From the NCBI RefSeq assembly GCF_988242995.1, contig NZ_OZ547043.1: 64,000 nucleotides of DNA. The stretch is one strand, 5' to 3'. Made by a program: the position numbers and the translations under genes. The notes beneath the pieces were generated by a model. The model saw only the letters and a list, made by a program, of their open reading frames with translations, ran no database searches and had not been told where the DNA came from. Below are positions 63,557 through 64,000 of the stretch, one piece after another. Numbering within the stretch: the first letter of the stretch is position 1; each line of letters opens with the position of its first letter.

Positions 63557-63818
63557 CGAGACCTAACCACATCAACCAGCCGTCACGAATCTCTTTAGGA
63601 CGGCTTTCATAAGCCAGTTTTAGTCCGTTATTCCATGCCGGAAGGTATACCCAATATTCACCTGCACGACCTGAAGCTGATTGTGGATCGGTCATATCAA
63701 TTACTGGCAGCTTTCCTTTATCGATCATCCGACGAACCGCTCCTGTCGATTTTCCTATTAGTTTTGCGAACTCCTGATAAGGAATCGCATCAGTCATGAG
63801 TGTTACTTGCTTGCTCAT
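63543..63818 (-). CDS. cox: Cox (excision directionality factor / repressor of Pc)
   Basis: 91-aa ORF MSKQVTLMTDAIPYQEFAKLIGKSTGAVRRMIDKGKLPV... recognised as P2 Cox. Confidence 0.9.
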   Translation of the reverse strand: MSKQVTLMTDAIPYQEFAKLIGKSTGAVRRMIDKGKLPVIDMTDPQSASGRAGEYWVYLPAWNNGLKLAYESRPKEIRDGWLMWLGLGEPR

Positions 63819-63899
63819 GTCGTCCTCCAGCCCTCATGAATTGCGTTTAATGCCTTATAATGCCTTTTAGTGCCCACATCCAAGCACTAAACAATCTAC

Positions 63900-63929
63900 A
63901 TCTAAACTAAATACTATTGAGATCTAAAC
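63900..63929 (+). promoter_or_regulatory. Immunity operator: two ATCTAAAC direct repeats 22 bp apart in the Pe/Pc switch region
   Basis: ATCTAAAC at 63900-63907 and 63922-63929, directly upstream of the C start; P2 repressor C binds direct repeats spaced about two helical turns apart. Confidence 0.55.
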
Positions 63930-63932
63930 ACC

Positions 63933-64000
63933 ATGTCAAACACGATAAGCGAGAAGATAGTCTTAATGCGAAAATCAGAGTATTTGAGCAGACAACAACT
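63933..64000 (+). CDS. C: Immunity repressor C, 5' fragment (continues past window end)
   Basis: ATG at 63933 followed by MSNTISEKIVLMRKSEYLSRQQ, matching the P2 C N-terminus; truncated by the window. Confidence 0.8.
   Translation, partial: MSNTISEKIVLMRKSEYLSRQQ

Larger units (their letters stand above)
33187..64000. mobile_element. P2-like (Peduovirus-type) prophage, ogr-proximal end to repressor C; int end beyond window
   Basis: Complete P2 gene order with expected strands: ogr-D-U-T-E-FII-FI-...-G-H-I-J-W-V-S-R-lysCBA-K-Y-X-L-M-N-O on minus, P-Q on plus, cos, A-orf83..80-B-orf78-cox on minus, C on plus. Confidence 0.9.

Overview
The window has two parts. (1) Positions 1-33186 are a conserved Escherichia coli chromosomal segment: the 3' end of the colanic-acid export operon (wza-wzb-wzc), yegH, asmA, dcd, udk, dgcE (yegE), alkA, yegD, the yegI-pphC-yegL kinase/phosphatase/vWA operon, three tandem ibs/sib type I toxin-antitoxin units, the mdtABCD-baeSR efflux/two-component operon, yegP, yegQ and the sRNA gene cyaR. 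(2) Positions 33187-64000 are an apparently intact P2-like prophage integrated at the 3' end of cyaR. It runs ogr, D, U, T, E, FII, FI, [cargo], G, H, I, J, W, V, S, R, lysCBA, K, Y, X, L, M, N, O, P, Q, cos, [cargo], A, orf83-80, B, orf78, cox, and the start of C; int lies beyond the window. The hunt centres on the two classical P2 cargo hotspots, both of which carry non-P2 genes. The old/tin position (between cos and A) holds a single AT-rich 611-aa ORF of unknown family with a C-terminal HEPN-like Rx4H motif. The Z/fun position (between FI and G) holds a RES-domain toxin-like gene convergent with an HTH protein whose C-terminus resembles the MbcA/ParS toxin-binding domain. Both are candidate anti-phage or abortive-infection modules. 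All gene calls rest on reading the ORF track and recognising protein and DNA motifs from memory; no database search was run, so the cargo family assignments are hypotheses.
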